In this document: in pieces, positions 50,289 to 60,006 of the stretch | How positions within the stretch are numbered: position 1 is the first letter of the stretch | How the letters are laid out: every line of letters starts with the position of its first letter | Assembly: GCA_965223545.1 (NCBI GenBank) | Contig: OZ245006.1 | Location: forward strand, 960,001 to 1,024,000 | DNA from: Planctomycetota bacterium | Lineage (GTDB): Bacteria; Planctomycetota; UBA1135; UBA2386 | Direction: 5' to 3' | DNA: 64,000 nt | The notes under the pieces: model-generated | What the model was told of the DNA's origin: nothing | Seen by the model: only the letters and a program-made list of their open reading frames with translations | Database searches by the model: none | Position numbers and translations under genes: made by a program

Positions 50289-52648
50289 GCGGCGTGTTGC
50301 AGGACGAGCCGGTAGTCGTCCGCGTCCGTCGCCAACGGGACCGCGCCGCGCAGCGACCCATCGCCAGTGCGCAGGGTCACGGCCGCGCGGCGAATGGCGA
50401 GCGACACTCCGTCCGCCAAGGAGTCCCAGCTTTGGCGCCAGGCCGCCAGGACGACGCCAGCGGCGTCGACCGTTTCTAGCGGAACGGCGGAGGGCGTGGC
50501 GCCGCGCTCGCCCATCTCCGCCCGCAGCCGCACCACGCGTGTCGGCGGCACGTCCAGCTGGAGGTGCTGGACCGCGCCGGGGCCGAGCTCGACCTGCGCG
50601 ACCAGGTGGGGCACGCGTTCACCGGCAACCTCGACGCGGTAGCGGCCCGGCCCGAGCGGCGGATCGCGCATCGCGGGGCCGCTGCCGAAGACCAGCGTCG
50701 AGCCGGCGTCGCCGCGGCACAGACCGACGCGGCGTCCCCGGTCGAAGGCGGCGGCCGCAACCTTGCCGCGGAGGTCGGCGCCCGAGAGCGCGATGGTCAG
50801 AGTGACCGGCTCCGGGATGCGCACCGCGTGCGCGGCCTCCGAGTCAGCGCGGATCGGGACAACGGCGCGCACCGGCGGCGCCCCCGGCACCACGACGCGG
50901 ACCTCGGTGTCGCCTTCGTAGAGCGGGCCGATGCGCTGGGGCTGCACCGGTGCCAACGCCATCGACTTCAACCAGCGGGCGCCGATGTTGACCAGCACGA
51001 CCTGGCCCCCGGTGAAGGCGCGGCCGTCCTCGTGCGCCACGTCGAGCACCAACCAACCGTCGCCGCGCGGCGGCACCGGCAAGTGCAGTTGCAGTTCCGG
51101 GTCGCCTGGGCGCACCTCTTCGGCGAGCACGCACTGGATGTTGGCTCCTTCGTACGGCAGGGCGCCGAGCGCGTAGGGCAGCAGCGGGCAATCCTCGAAC
51201 TCGAAGCGGCCGGCCGCGTCGGTCTCGGTGCGGAACCTCTGCGGCGAGGCCATCAGGTGCACTTCCCAGTTGGCGGCGGGGGTGCCGTCGGCGTGCGCGA
51301 GAGTACCAGCGATTCCGCCGCGTGCCGACTCGGCATCGAGTTCGAGATCCCACACCGCACGCTCACCGGCGACCAACATCAGCTGCTCGCGGTGCAGGCG
51401 GCTGTCCGCGAGCCCGGCAGTCGCGCTGCAGCGACCCGCTGGCAGCGCATCGAGCGAGAATGCACCGTCGGCGTCGGTCGCGGTCGCGCGCCACCACGCG
51501 GTTCCCGCCGCGTCGGCGGCGCCGCGCACGGTGATGCGGACACCGGCGAGCGGGCGGCCGTCGCGGCGCACCACGCCAGCCAGCACCGCGCCCGGCGTCA
51601 GCTCGATGCGCAGCGTGGTCTCGGCTCCGGCGGCCAGCGCGAACGCCGCAGTCGCCGGCGCCCAGCCCGCCGCGGTCACGCGCACGCTGCCGCGACCGGC
51701 GGGGATGCCGTGCGCGACGAACGCGCCATTCTCATCGGTACTGGTCGACACGCACGGCAGCGCCGTGGCGGAGCCGTAGGTCGCGTCGGTCGGATCCGGT
51801 GTCCCCGGCAGATCGTCGGCGCGCACCGAGACCTCGATGCGCGCCGCGGCGAGCGGTTGCCCGGCCGCGGTCACGACACCGCGCACCACTCCGGGCGTCG
51901 CTCCGAGGACGAGGCGCACCGGAGTCGCGCCGTGCACGTCGGCGATCCGGCCGACCATGCGCGACGGCGCCCAGCCGGGGGCGCGGGCGTGTAGGTAGGC
52001 GCCGGGTTGCCACAGGCGCACGGCGAACGCGCCGGCCGCATCGGTCCGCGCGACGCAGGCCTCGTCGCGCAGGCTGTCGTCATTCGGGGTGGCAATCACT
52101 TCTGCGCCGGCGACGCCGCGGCCGCTGGCGTCGACGACTTCGCCGAGGATGCGCGGGCCGCGCGCGAGCTCGATGCGCACGCGCTGCGTTCCCGCGGGCA
52201 GATGCCCGCGCCAGGCCAGTGGTTCGATCGCGTAGTCGCCGGGCGAGAGATCGTCGAAGCGTGCGATACCCCTCGCGTCGGTGCGCGCTCTGAGCGGCGC
52301 CGGGGCAGAGTGATCGAGCGGCTGCAAGCGCACGGCGTAGTCCGGCACCGGACTGCCATCGATCGCTGCGTAGAGCTCGAGCTCGAGGTGCGCGGTCGGC
52401 GTGGAGACGGGGGTTGCCGGCCTGGCCGGCGCCGTCGAGACGGCGGCAGGCTCCGCTATCGATCTGGGCGAAGCGGCGGCCGGCACTTCTGGCTCTTGCG
52501 CCGGGTCCGCGGCCGGAGCGTTCACCGCGAGAACGGGCGGCGCGGCCGGGCGGGGCAGGGCCAGCACCGCGAGGGCGCAGGCGAGGGGCGCCAGGCCCCA
52601 CCACGCGAGCCGCCTGCGCCGACGAGACCTTGCCACCGGCGTTTCCAT
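50282..52648 (-). CDS. Membrane-anchored carboxypeptidase-regulatory-like repeat protein
   Basis: N-terminal TM; repeated G.V....G.P / TD..G.F motifs. Confidence 0.78.
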   Translation of the reverse strand: METPVARSRRRRRLAWWGLAPLACALAVLALPRPAAPPVLAVNAPAADPAQEPEVPAAASPRSIAEPAAVSTAPARPATPVSTPTAHLELELYAAIDGSPVPDYAVRLQPLDHSAPAPLRARTDARGIARFDDLSPGDYAIEPLAWRGHLPAGTQRVRIELARGPRILGEVVDASGRGVAGAEVIATPNDDSLRDEACVARTDAAGAFAVRLWQPGAYLHARAPGWAPSRMVGRIADVHGATPVRLVLGATPGVVRGVVTAAGQPLAAARIEVSVRADDLPGTPDPTDATYGSATALPCVSTSTDENGAFVAHGIPAGRGSVRVTAAGWAPATAAFALAAGAETTLRIELTPGAVLAGVVRRDGRPLAGVRITVRGAADAAGTAWWRATATDADGAFSLDALPAGRCSATAGLADSRLHREQLMLVAGERAVWDLELDAESARGGIAGTLAHADGTPAANWEVHLMASPQRFRTETDAAGRFEFEDCPLLPYALGALPYEGANIQCVLAEEVRPGDPELQLHLPVPPRGDGWLVLDVAHEDGRAFTGGQVVLVNIGARWLKSMALAPVQPQRIGPLYEGDTEVRVVVPGAPPVRAVVPIRADSEAAHAVRIPEPVTLTIALSGADLRGKVAAAAFDRGRRVGLCRGDAGSTLVFGSGPAMRDPPLGPGRYRVEVAGERVPHLVAQVELGPGAVQHLQLDVPPTRVVRLRAEMGERGATPSAVPLETVDAAGVVLAAWRQSWDSLADGVSLAIRRAAVTLRTGDGSLRGAVPLATDADDYRLVLQHAAH

Positions 52649-52700
52649 GTTCTGGACATCGGCTGCCGCGGCCGGCCGCTGTAGGTATCCTCGGCCGCCA

Positions 52701-53384
<684 letters not shown>

Positions 53385-53449
53385 GCCGGGCTTCCGTGGC
53401 GCGCGGCCGATGCGGCGCGGATGTGATGCGTGGGAGCCTGACCTGAAAC

Positions 53450-54832
53450 TCACCCAGCCTCGGCGATCGGTATGAGCTTGTACCCGAGGGATTTAGCGTT
53501 CTGTCGGAGTCCGACGATGCGTCGCTGGGTGAAGCGCTCCTCGTAGGCCTTGGCGCCTTCGTCTACGTAGTCCTGGCCGAACTTCAGCATGCGGTAGATG
53601 AGCAGGGCCAGTTTGCGGGCGATGGCAAAGATGGCGACGTTGCCGTCCTTCGCGCGGGCGATCTTGCGGAAGTGTGCGCCGAGAGCTGTCTGAGTACGTT
53701 GGAGGGACAGGGCGGCCATCCGGAGGACCGTGGCGATCCTGCTGACCGCGATGTTGTTGCGGTGCTTCTTGATGCGCTTTCCACCCGAGACGGCTTGACG
53801 TGGGCACAGGCGTAGCCAGGAGACGAAGTGCTTCTCGGTCGGGAAAGCTTCGAGGTCGTAGCCGACCTCGGTGAGCACGATCATGGCCGTGCTCGGGCTG
53901 ATACCGTCGATTCGCGTGAGATCACACCCGACGAGCCGGCAGAGGGCATCGCGAAGCTCCCGGCCGCCCTTCGTTCGGATGCTCCTCTCCTTGCGGGGGT
54001 CTGGATGCTCGGGGACGTCGGCCGTCTTGGCTTCCTCCGGTTGCAGGTCCTCGATCATCGCCATCAATCGCTTCTCGACCGACTCGATCTCGTGGTCGGT
54101 GTGCTCGAGCATCCGCAAGCCCGAAGCGAGAGTGAAGATGTGCTCCTCGATCCAGGTCCCTTGCAAGTGATCCGCGAGCTCCTTCTCGGAGATCTTGCAG
54201 CGCGGATCACGCAGTCTGGCGAGCGCTCGAGGGTCGCGTTCACCAGCGAGAATCGCGCGGATGATCGCGAGGCCGGTCTTGCCGGTGATGTCCGTTACCG
54301 CGCGATGGATCGCCACGTTCATCTGATCCAGTGACCGCTGCATCAACTGCGTGTGGCGCGTGCGCTGCGCGATCAAAGACGCGGCATGGCGTTGCAGGGT
54401 CCGCAACGCACAGATGTCCTTCGGAGGCCGGAACGAAGCGCGAATGAGGCCATAGGTGTGTAGCTTCTGCAGCCAACTGCAATCGCTGGCATCGGACTTG
54501 GAGCGGCCCGGCACGTTCTTCACCTCGCGGGCATTCGCGAGGATGACCTCGAAGCCTCTCGACTCGAGTAGCTCGTAGACGGGAATCCAGTAGACATAGG
54601 TGCTCTCCATCGCGACGGATCGCACTCCGAGCTCCTCCAGCCAGTCCGCGAGCGCCTCTAGCTGGGGCGTCGTCGTTCCGAATCGCTTGATCGGACGACT
54701 GCCGTCGGGTGCTGCTGCGCACACCCAGTGCTCGCGGCTGCCGATGTCGATTCCGGCGGCGTTGGGCTTCACGACTGGCAATACTTCCGCTGCGGGCTTC
54801 TTGCCCTTCCTCGTTCTGCTCTTCCCAGCCAT
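53450..54832 (-). CDS. IS110-family transposase/recombinase
   Basis: DEDD residues in GIDIG, AMEST and KSDASD; IDGI; catalytic Ser region SGGK; AIARKLA. Confidence 0.95.
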   Translation of the reverse strand: MAGKSRTRKGKKPAAEVLPVVKPNAAGIDIGSREHWVCAAAPDGSRPIKRFGTTTPQLEALADWLEELGVRSVAMESTYVYWIPVYELLESRGFEVILANAREVKNVPGRSKSDASDCSWLQKLHTYGLIRASFRPPKDICALRTLQRHAASLIAQRTRHTQLMQRSLDQMNVAIHRAVTDITGKTGLAIIRAILAGERDPRALARLRDPRCKISEKELADHLQGTWIEEHIFTLASGLRMLEHTDHEIESVEKRLMAMIEDLQPEEAKTADVPEHPDPRKERSIRTKGGRELRDALCRLVGCDLTRIDGISPSTAMIVLTEVGYDLEAFPTEKHFVSWLRLCPRQAVSGGKRIKKHRNNIAVSRIATVLRMAALSLQRTQTALGAHFRKIARAKDGNVAIFAIARKLALLIYRMLKFGQDYVDEGAKAYEERFTQRRIVGLRQNAKSLGYKLIPIAEAG

Positions 54833-54854
54833 ACTTCATCCTCATTGTTGTGGT

Positions 54855-55007
54855 GGGCCCGGCCCGAGGCGGCGATCAAACGAATCTGACCTGCGGGAGT
54901 GGGCACGGCGACGTGCCCCTCACCAGTGAAGGATGGCCAACTCGGACCCAGACTGGCTCTGGGGCAAACGTGCTCCAGTGGCTATTGGGGGCGTAGCTGC
55001 CGGGCCC
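54855..55007 (-). ncRNA. Putative IS110 bridge/seek RNA
   Basis: Closed by a 9-bp stem (54855-54863 / 54999-55007); contains target- and donor-matching segments. Confidence 0.65.
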
Positions 55008-55083
55008 CTCACACGTTCCCCTCCCCCTTCCTCAGCGGCTAGTTTCCTGCCCTGAAGGGCCGACAAATCTGCCGGGGCAGGAC

Positions 55084-55115
55084 TGGCTCCGTACTTTCAT
55101 GGCTCCGTACTTTCA
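55084..55115. repeat. Perfect 16-bp tandem duplication TGGCTCCGTACTTTCA
   Basis: 55084-55099 equals 55100-55115. Confidence 0.9.
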
Positions 55116-55448
55116 GTATGGCGAGTCCAGCATCTGCCAGAGGATGTCCTCGACGTCGGGCTCGACCTTGCCGGTCAGCCGGGCGACGGGCTCGGCCTCG
55201 CCCTTGATGTGGGCGACGATGTCGGGCAGATCGGCTTCGGTGACTTCGCTGTAGAAGATCCGGTCGGGGTAGAGGGTGACGTTGACGGCGTGCTCGCAGC
55301 CGCCGAAGCAGGGGTAGCGCCGCAGCCGCACCCGCTCTTCGTCGGGGTCGATCTCCTGCAGCATCTCCTTGAGCTTGTCGTGCAAGTCGCCGGAACCGCG
55401 CTCGGTGCAGTCCCCACCTTCGCACACGTAGCAGAGTCGTTCGGTCAT
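55113..55448 (-). CDS. Thioredoxin-like [2Fe-2S] ferredoxin
   Basis: VCEGGDC...CFGGC..VTLYPD..Y..V; directly downstream of boxB. Confidence 0.85.
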   Translation of the reverse strand: MTERLCYVCEGGDCTERGSGDLHDKLKEMLQEIDPDEERVRLRRYPCFGGCEHAVNVTLYPDRIFYSEVTEADLPDIVAHIKGEAEPVARLTGKVEPDVEDILWQMLDSPY

Positions 55449-55482
55449 TGGGCTCGTGGGTGGCTAAAGCGCCGGTGCGCGA

Positions 55483-56898
55483 TCAGTGGAACTTGACGTA
55501 CTCGAACTCGAACGGCTGGTCGTTGACGCCGCGGGCGGGCGGCGCGATCCAGTTGGCGATCTTGCCGGGCTCGTGCACCTTGACCATGCACGCCTTGACG
55601 TAGTCGCGATCGGCCTGGCTCGGCAGCCACTGCTCGATCCCCTTGGCGAACGCCTCGGCGCTGATCGGCTCGCCCTGTGGGTTGAAGTGGTGGCCGGCGT
55701 AGATGCCCTGCTGGCGGTTGAAGCGCTGGCTCGGCAGGGTGACCACCGCGTCGAGGTCGAGCCGCTTGAGGTCGCGGTTCCAGCGGTCGACGATCCGCTT
55801 GCAGTCGGCGACGTAGTTGTCCAAGAGCAGCGCGTTCATCGCCCGGCGCAGCGGGATCTCGCGCTCGACCAGGCGGCCGTCCTCGGGCACCACGGTCTTG
55901 TAGTTGGCCTGCAGCGCGGTCGGGTCCTTGTAGACACCGTCGCCCTCGCGATAGCGGCCCTTGAGGCCCGAGGCGAACGACTCGGCGGCGTTGGTCGAGT
56001 CCTCGCCGCCAAACAGGTCCATCGACGCCGACGCCCAGTAGTTGATGTAGCGCTGCACGATGTCGAGCGGGATCGCGCCCTGGCTGCGCGGGTCGACGCC
56101 GTCGCGCATCAGCTCGGCGGCGCGCTTGATGATGCGACCGATGCCGTTCTCACCGGTCTGCATGTGGAACGCCTCCTCCGCCAGCATGAACTGCGTGGTG
56201 CGGGCGAGGGGGTCGAAGCTGCTCTCGGCCAAAGCCGCCAGCTGGTACTTGCCGTCGCGGTCGGTGAACGTCGTGAAGGCGAAGAAGTCGAGCCAGGTCT
56301 CGATCGGGTTGTTGAACGCCTGCAGGATCCGCGGGTGGTCCTCGTTGCCGCTGCGGCGCTCGAGCAGCGCCTCGGCCTCATCGCGGCCGTCCGCGCCGAA
56401 GTGCGTGTGCAGCAGGTAGACCATCGCCCACAGGTGGCGCCCCTCCTCGACGTTGACCTGGAACACGTTGCGCAGGTCGTAGAGCGACGGCGCGGTGTGG
56501 CCGAGCAAACGCTGCTGCTCGACCGACGCGGGCTCGGTGTCGCCTTGCGTGACGATCAACCGGCGCAGGCGGTTGCGCATCTCGCCCGGCACCTCGTCCC
56601 ACACCGGCTCACCGATCGAGTCGCCGAAATGGATCTTGCGGTCCTCGACCGCGTCGGCGAGGAAGATGCCCCACCGATAGTCCGGCATCTTGACGTAGTC
56701 GTAGTGCGCCCAGCCGCCCTTGCCGACGCCGATCGCCGTGCGCAGATAGATCTGGTCCTGCTTGAAGTCGCTCGGCCCCATCTCGTTCCACCAGTCGAGA
56801 TAGCTCGGCTGCCACTTCTCGAGCGCGCGGCACAGCCGCTTGTTCTCGCGCAGGTTGACGTTGTTGGGGATCTTGGCTTCCAGGTCGACGGCGCTCAT
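55483..56898 (-). CDS. boxB: Benzoyl-CoA 2,3-epoxidase diiron subunit
   Basis: KIPNNVNL, VKMPDYRWGI, QGDTEPASVEQQR, VEEGRHLWAM, DRDGKYQL, EEAFHM. Confidence 0.96.
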   Translation of the reverse strand: MSAVDLEAKIPNNVNLRENKRLCRALEKWQPSYLDWWNEMGPSDFKQDQIYLRTAIGVGKGGWAHYDYVKMPDYRWGIFLADAVEDRKIHFGDSIGEPVWDEVPGEMRNRLRRLIVTQGDTEPASVEQQRLLGHTAPSLYDLRNVFQVNVEEGRHLWAMVYLLHTHFGADGRDEAEALLERRSGNEDHPRILQAFNNPIETWLDFFAFTTFTDRDGKYQLAALAESSFDPLARTTQFMLAEEAFHMQTGENGIGRIIKRAAELMRDGVDPRSQGAIPLDIVQRYINYWASASMDLFGGEDSTNAAESFASGLKGRYREGDGVYKDPTALQANYKTVVPEDGRLVEREIPLRRAMNALLLDNYVADCKRIVDRWNRDLKRLDLDAVVTLPSQRFNRQQGIYAGHHFNPQGEPISAEAFAKGIEQWLPSQADRDYVKACMVKVHEPGKIANWIAPPARGVNDQPFEFEYVKFH

Positions 56899-56899
56899 C

Positions 56900-58528
56900 T
56901 CAGGTCCTCTTCCAATCGAATCGGGCGGTCTCGGGCTTGCCGTAGCACACCAGCGCGCCGTCCTCGCCGACGGCGTTGGGACGGCTGAATATCCAGTTCT
57001 GCCAGGCGGTCAGCCGGCCGAAGATCTTCGAATCGCAGGTCTCGCCGCCGGCGAAGCGCAGCGAGGCCTCCATGCCGGTCAGCGCATCCGGACTGAGCGA
57101 GGCGCGCTCCTCGATGGCGATGCGCACCTCGTCCTCCCAGTCGATGTCGTCGGCGAGCACGGTGACCAACCCCAGCTCGTCGGCACCGGCCGCGTCGACG
57201 CGCGGCCGCTCGGCGGCGAGCTGCGCGGCGCGCTCGGGCTCGGCCAAGAAGCGGCTCTGCAGGCGCGTGAGGCCATTGCTCATCGGCAGCGCGCCGGCAC
57301 TGAGCGGCCCAACGGCGAAGTGCACCGGGTGGTCGGGGTCGTCGAGCGCGTAGACCCGGTCGCCGGCCAACGCCAGCTCCAAGAACAGGCCGGCCATGCA
57401 GCTCTCGGCGTCGGCGATCGCGAAGAAGCTGCGCGCGGTGAGCTCGTAGCGGCGCGCCACCCGGGCCCACAGCAGCAGGATCTCGTTGCACAACCAGTGG
57501 TCGCGGTTGTCCAGCAGCGTCTGCTCGACGGCAAGCAGCGCGTCGATGTCGCCGCGCGGGTGCAGCAACACCAAGCCGTGCTCCTGATAGCCGAAGCGAA
57601 GCTGGCACAGCGCGTCGTCGAGCTCGCGGGCGAACTGCAGCGCCCAGCTTCGATCGCCGGCGGCGAGGTAGGCGGCGCCGTCCGCGGGCTGCTCACCCGT
57701 CGGGCCGCGCACCTCCAGCCGCACGGTGCGGCCATCGGCGTCGAAGCGCAGCGCCACGTGCTCGTACTCGAGACCATCCTCGGTCTGCTTCGGCCGGATC
57801 GGTGACAGCTCGATGCCCGACTCCGCCCGCACCGGGTGCTCTGCGGCGAGCGCGGTGGCGCGCTGGGCGACGCCCTCGTCGAACTTGGAGCGCGGCCAGA
57901 AGCCGTCGATCAAACCCCACTGCACCGCGCGCTTGCCCTTGACGCCCTCGGCCAGCGTCGAGAACACGTCGGCGCGGTCGCGGCGGATCTTGCGCTTGTC
58001 GACCAGCCGCGTCAGCCCCCCGGTGCCCGGCAGCACGCCGAGCAGCGAGACCTCGGGCAGGGACACCGCGCTGTTGCCGTCCTCGATGAGGTAGATCTCA
58101 TCGCAGGCGATGGCCAGCTCGTAGCCGCCGCCCGCGCACGGGCCGTTGAGCGCGGCGATGAACTTCACCCCCGAGTGCCGGCTGGCGTCCTCGATGCCGC
58201 AGCGCGTCTCGTTGGTGAACTTGCAGAAGTTGACTTTGAACGGGTGCGGCGAGCTCGCCAGCATGTTGATGTTGGCACCGGCACAGAACACGCGGTCGGT
58301 GTCGCTGGTGACCACCACCGTGTTGACCTCGGGGTGCTCGAAGCGGATCCGCTGGATCGCGTCCGCCAGCTCGAGGTCGACGCCGAGGTCGTACGAGTTC
58401 AGCTTGAGCTCGTAGCCGTCGCCGTAGGGGTGGGACGGGTCGACGGCCATCGCCAGTCTGGCGATCGGACCGTCGAAGCTCAGGTTCCAGTGGTGGTACT
58501 GATCGGGATGCCGGTTGAGATCGATCAT
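56900..58528 (-). CDS. boxC: 2,3-epoxybenzoyl-CoA dihydrolase
   Basis: KLNSYDLGVD, QRIRFEHPEV, KVNFCKFTNETR, PDALTGMEA, GRLTAWQNWIF. Confidence 0.95.
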   Translation of the reverse strand: MIDLNRHPDQYHHWNLSFDGPIARLAMAVDPSHPYGDGYELKLNSYDLGVDLELADAIQRIRFEHPEVNTVVVTSDTDRVFCAGANINMLASSPHPFKVNFCKFTNETRCGIEDASRHSGVKFIAALNGPCAGGGYELAIACDEIYLIEDGNSAVSLPEVSLLGVLPGTGGLTRLVDKRKIRRDRADVFSTLAEGVKGKRAVQWGLIDGFWPRSKFDEGVAQRATALAAEHPVRAESGIELSPIRPKQTEDGLEYEHVALRFDADGRTVRLEVRGPTGEQPADGAAYLAAGDRSWALQFARELDDALCQLRFGYQEHGLVLLHPRGDIDALLAVEQTLLDNRDHWLCNEILLLWARVARRYELTARSFFAIADAESCMAGLFLELALAGDRVYALDDPDHPVHFAVGPLSAGALPMSNGLTRLQSRFLAEPERAAQLAAERPRVDAAGADELGLVTVLADDIDWEDEVRIAIEERASLSPDALTGMEASLRFAGGETCDSKIFGRLTAWQNWIFSRPNAVGEDGALVCYGKPETARFDWKRT

Positions 58529-58641
58529 GCTGGGGGTTCGCCGAGGGCCGAAGGGTGGCGGTCGGGACCATCTTCTTATCCCATCCGCGCGACAAAAACA
58601 GCAACATATCGCAGATACTCGGCAAGCGCCGCCCAGAATCG

Positions 58642-58655
58642 TGCATGATACTGCA
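58642..58655. promoter_or_regulatory. Putative BoxR/BzdR operator TGCA-N6-TGCA
   Basis: TGCATGATACTGCA between divergent boxC and boxR; degenerate second box AGCA-N6-CGCA at 58600-58613. Confidence 0.7.
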
Positions 58656-58658
58656 TCC

Positions 58659-59414
58659 GTGACCACTTCGCTCGCCCAGCACCTCGGCGCCACCGTCCGC
58701 GCGCTGCGCAAGGCGCGGCGCTGGCCGCGCCGCGAGCTCGCCGCCGCGACCGGCATCTCCGAGCGGTTCTTGGCCGACATCGAGGCCGGCCGGGGCAACC
58801 CGTCGCTGCAGCGGTTGGCCGAGCTGGCGGCCGCCCTCGGCACGACACCCGCCGCCCTGCTCTCCGCGCCCGTCTCCGAGCGCCGCGACACGATCGCACT
58901 CCTCGGCCTGCGCGGCGCCGGCAAGAGCACCATCGGCCGGCTGCTGTCCGAGCGACTGGGCTGCGCGCTCGTCGAGCTCGACGGCCACGTCGAGAGCGCC
59001 GCCGGCCTCACCTTGACCGAGCTGTTCCAGCTGCACGGCGAGGCCTACTTCCGCCGGCTCGAGGGCGAGGCACTGACGGCCTTGCTGGCCGAGCCCGGGC
59101 CACGCGTGCTCGCCACCGGCGGCGGCGTCGTGCAGACGCCATCGACCTTCGAGCGCCTCCAACGACACACGCACACCGTTTGGCTGCAGGCCTCACCCGA
59201 AGACCACTGGACGCGCGTGATCGCCCAGGGTGACACCCGGCCGATGGCCGACAACGCGCAGGCCTTCGGCGATCTGTGCGCGATCCTCGCCGAGCGCGAG
59301 CAGCGCTACCGACAAGCGCACATGATCGTCACCACTTCCGACCGGAACGCGGACGAGGTCGCCGACGAGCTGGCGCTGCACTTCGCCTACCTGAGGGCAG
59401 AGGAGCGGCAGTGA
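58659..59414 (+). CDS. boxR: BzdR/BoxR-type regulator (XRE HTH + shikimate-kinase-like domain)
   Basis: SERFLADIEAGRGNPSL; GLRGAGKSTIG; ATGGG; RVIAQGDTRPM; divergent from boxCB. Confidence 0.88.
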   Translation: MTTSLAQHLGATVRALRKARRWPRRELAAATGISERFLADIEAGRGNPSLQRLAELAAALGTTPAALLSAPVSERRDTIALLGLRGAGKSTIGRLLSERLGCALVELDGHVESAAGLTLTELFQLHGEAYFRRLEGEALTALLAEPGPRVLATGGGVVQTPSTFERLQRHTHTVWLQASPEDHWTRVIAQGDTRPMADNAQAFGDLCAILAEREQRYRQAHMIVTTSDRNADEVADELALHFAYLRAEERQ

Positions 59415-59980
59415 GCGACGACGGGGCGCTGCGCCGCGCGCTGGGACCGGCGATCGGCGCGTGGCGGTCGCGGCCCCGCATGCGCGACGCCGCGGTGCTG
59501 GTGCCGCTGGTGCGGGACGCCGGCCAGGACTGGCTTCTGCTGACCCAGCGCCGCGCCGACCTGCGCAACCACGGCGGCCAGATGTCGTTCCCCGGCGGCA
59601 GCCGCGACGGCGACGAGAACGCCCTCGAGTGCGCGCTGCGCGAGACCCACGAGGAGATCGGCGCCGCCCCCGACCACGTCGACGTGCTCGGGCGACTCGA
59701 CGACATCGCGACGACGGAGCGCTTCGCGGTGGCGGCCTTCGTCGGCCGGCTCGGCGCCCTCGATGGCCTGCGCCCCGACCCGAACGAGGTCGAGGCGCTG
59801 GTGCCGATCCCCGTTGCCGAGCTGCGCCGCGCCGAGCGCTGGGAGTGGCGGCCGTGGCGGCGCCGCAACGGCGTCGTCGTGCAAGTGCCCCACTTCGCGC
59901 ACGACGGCTACATGCTCTGGGGGATGAGCGGCTGGCTCACACAGCAGCTGCTGCAGCGCTGGTTCGGAGAGGCGGAGTAG
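59411..59980 (+). CDS. Nudix CoA pyrophosphatase
   Basis: AAVLV, LLTQRRADLRNHGGQMSFPGG, ALRETHEEIG, LWG; GTGA overlap with boxR. Confidence 0.88.
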   Translation: MSDDGALRRALGPAIGAWRSRPRMRDAAVLVPLVRDAGQDWLLLTQRRADLRNHGGQMSFPGGSRDGDENALECALRETHEEIGAAPDHVDVLGRLDDIATTERFAVAAFVGRLGALDGLRPDPNEVEALVPIPVAELRRAERWEWRPWRRRNGVVVQVPHFAHDGYMLWGMSGWLTQQLLQRWFGEAE

Positions 59981-60006
59981 GCGGAGGAGTCAGCGGGCCG
60001 GTTCGC

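Larger units (their letters stand above)
53438..55082 (-). mobile_element. Complete IS110-family element (~1645 bp), AG core
   Basis: Right end fixed by identity with the 28223-28240 remnant; joining the flanks restores GGAGCCTGGCTCC. Confidence 0.85.

Noticed and set aside
58659..59414. Shikimate kinase aroK
   Set aside because: An N-terminal XRE HTH and box context identify a BzdR/BoxR regulator
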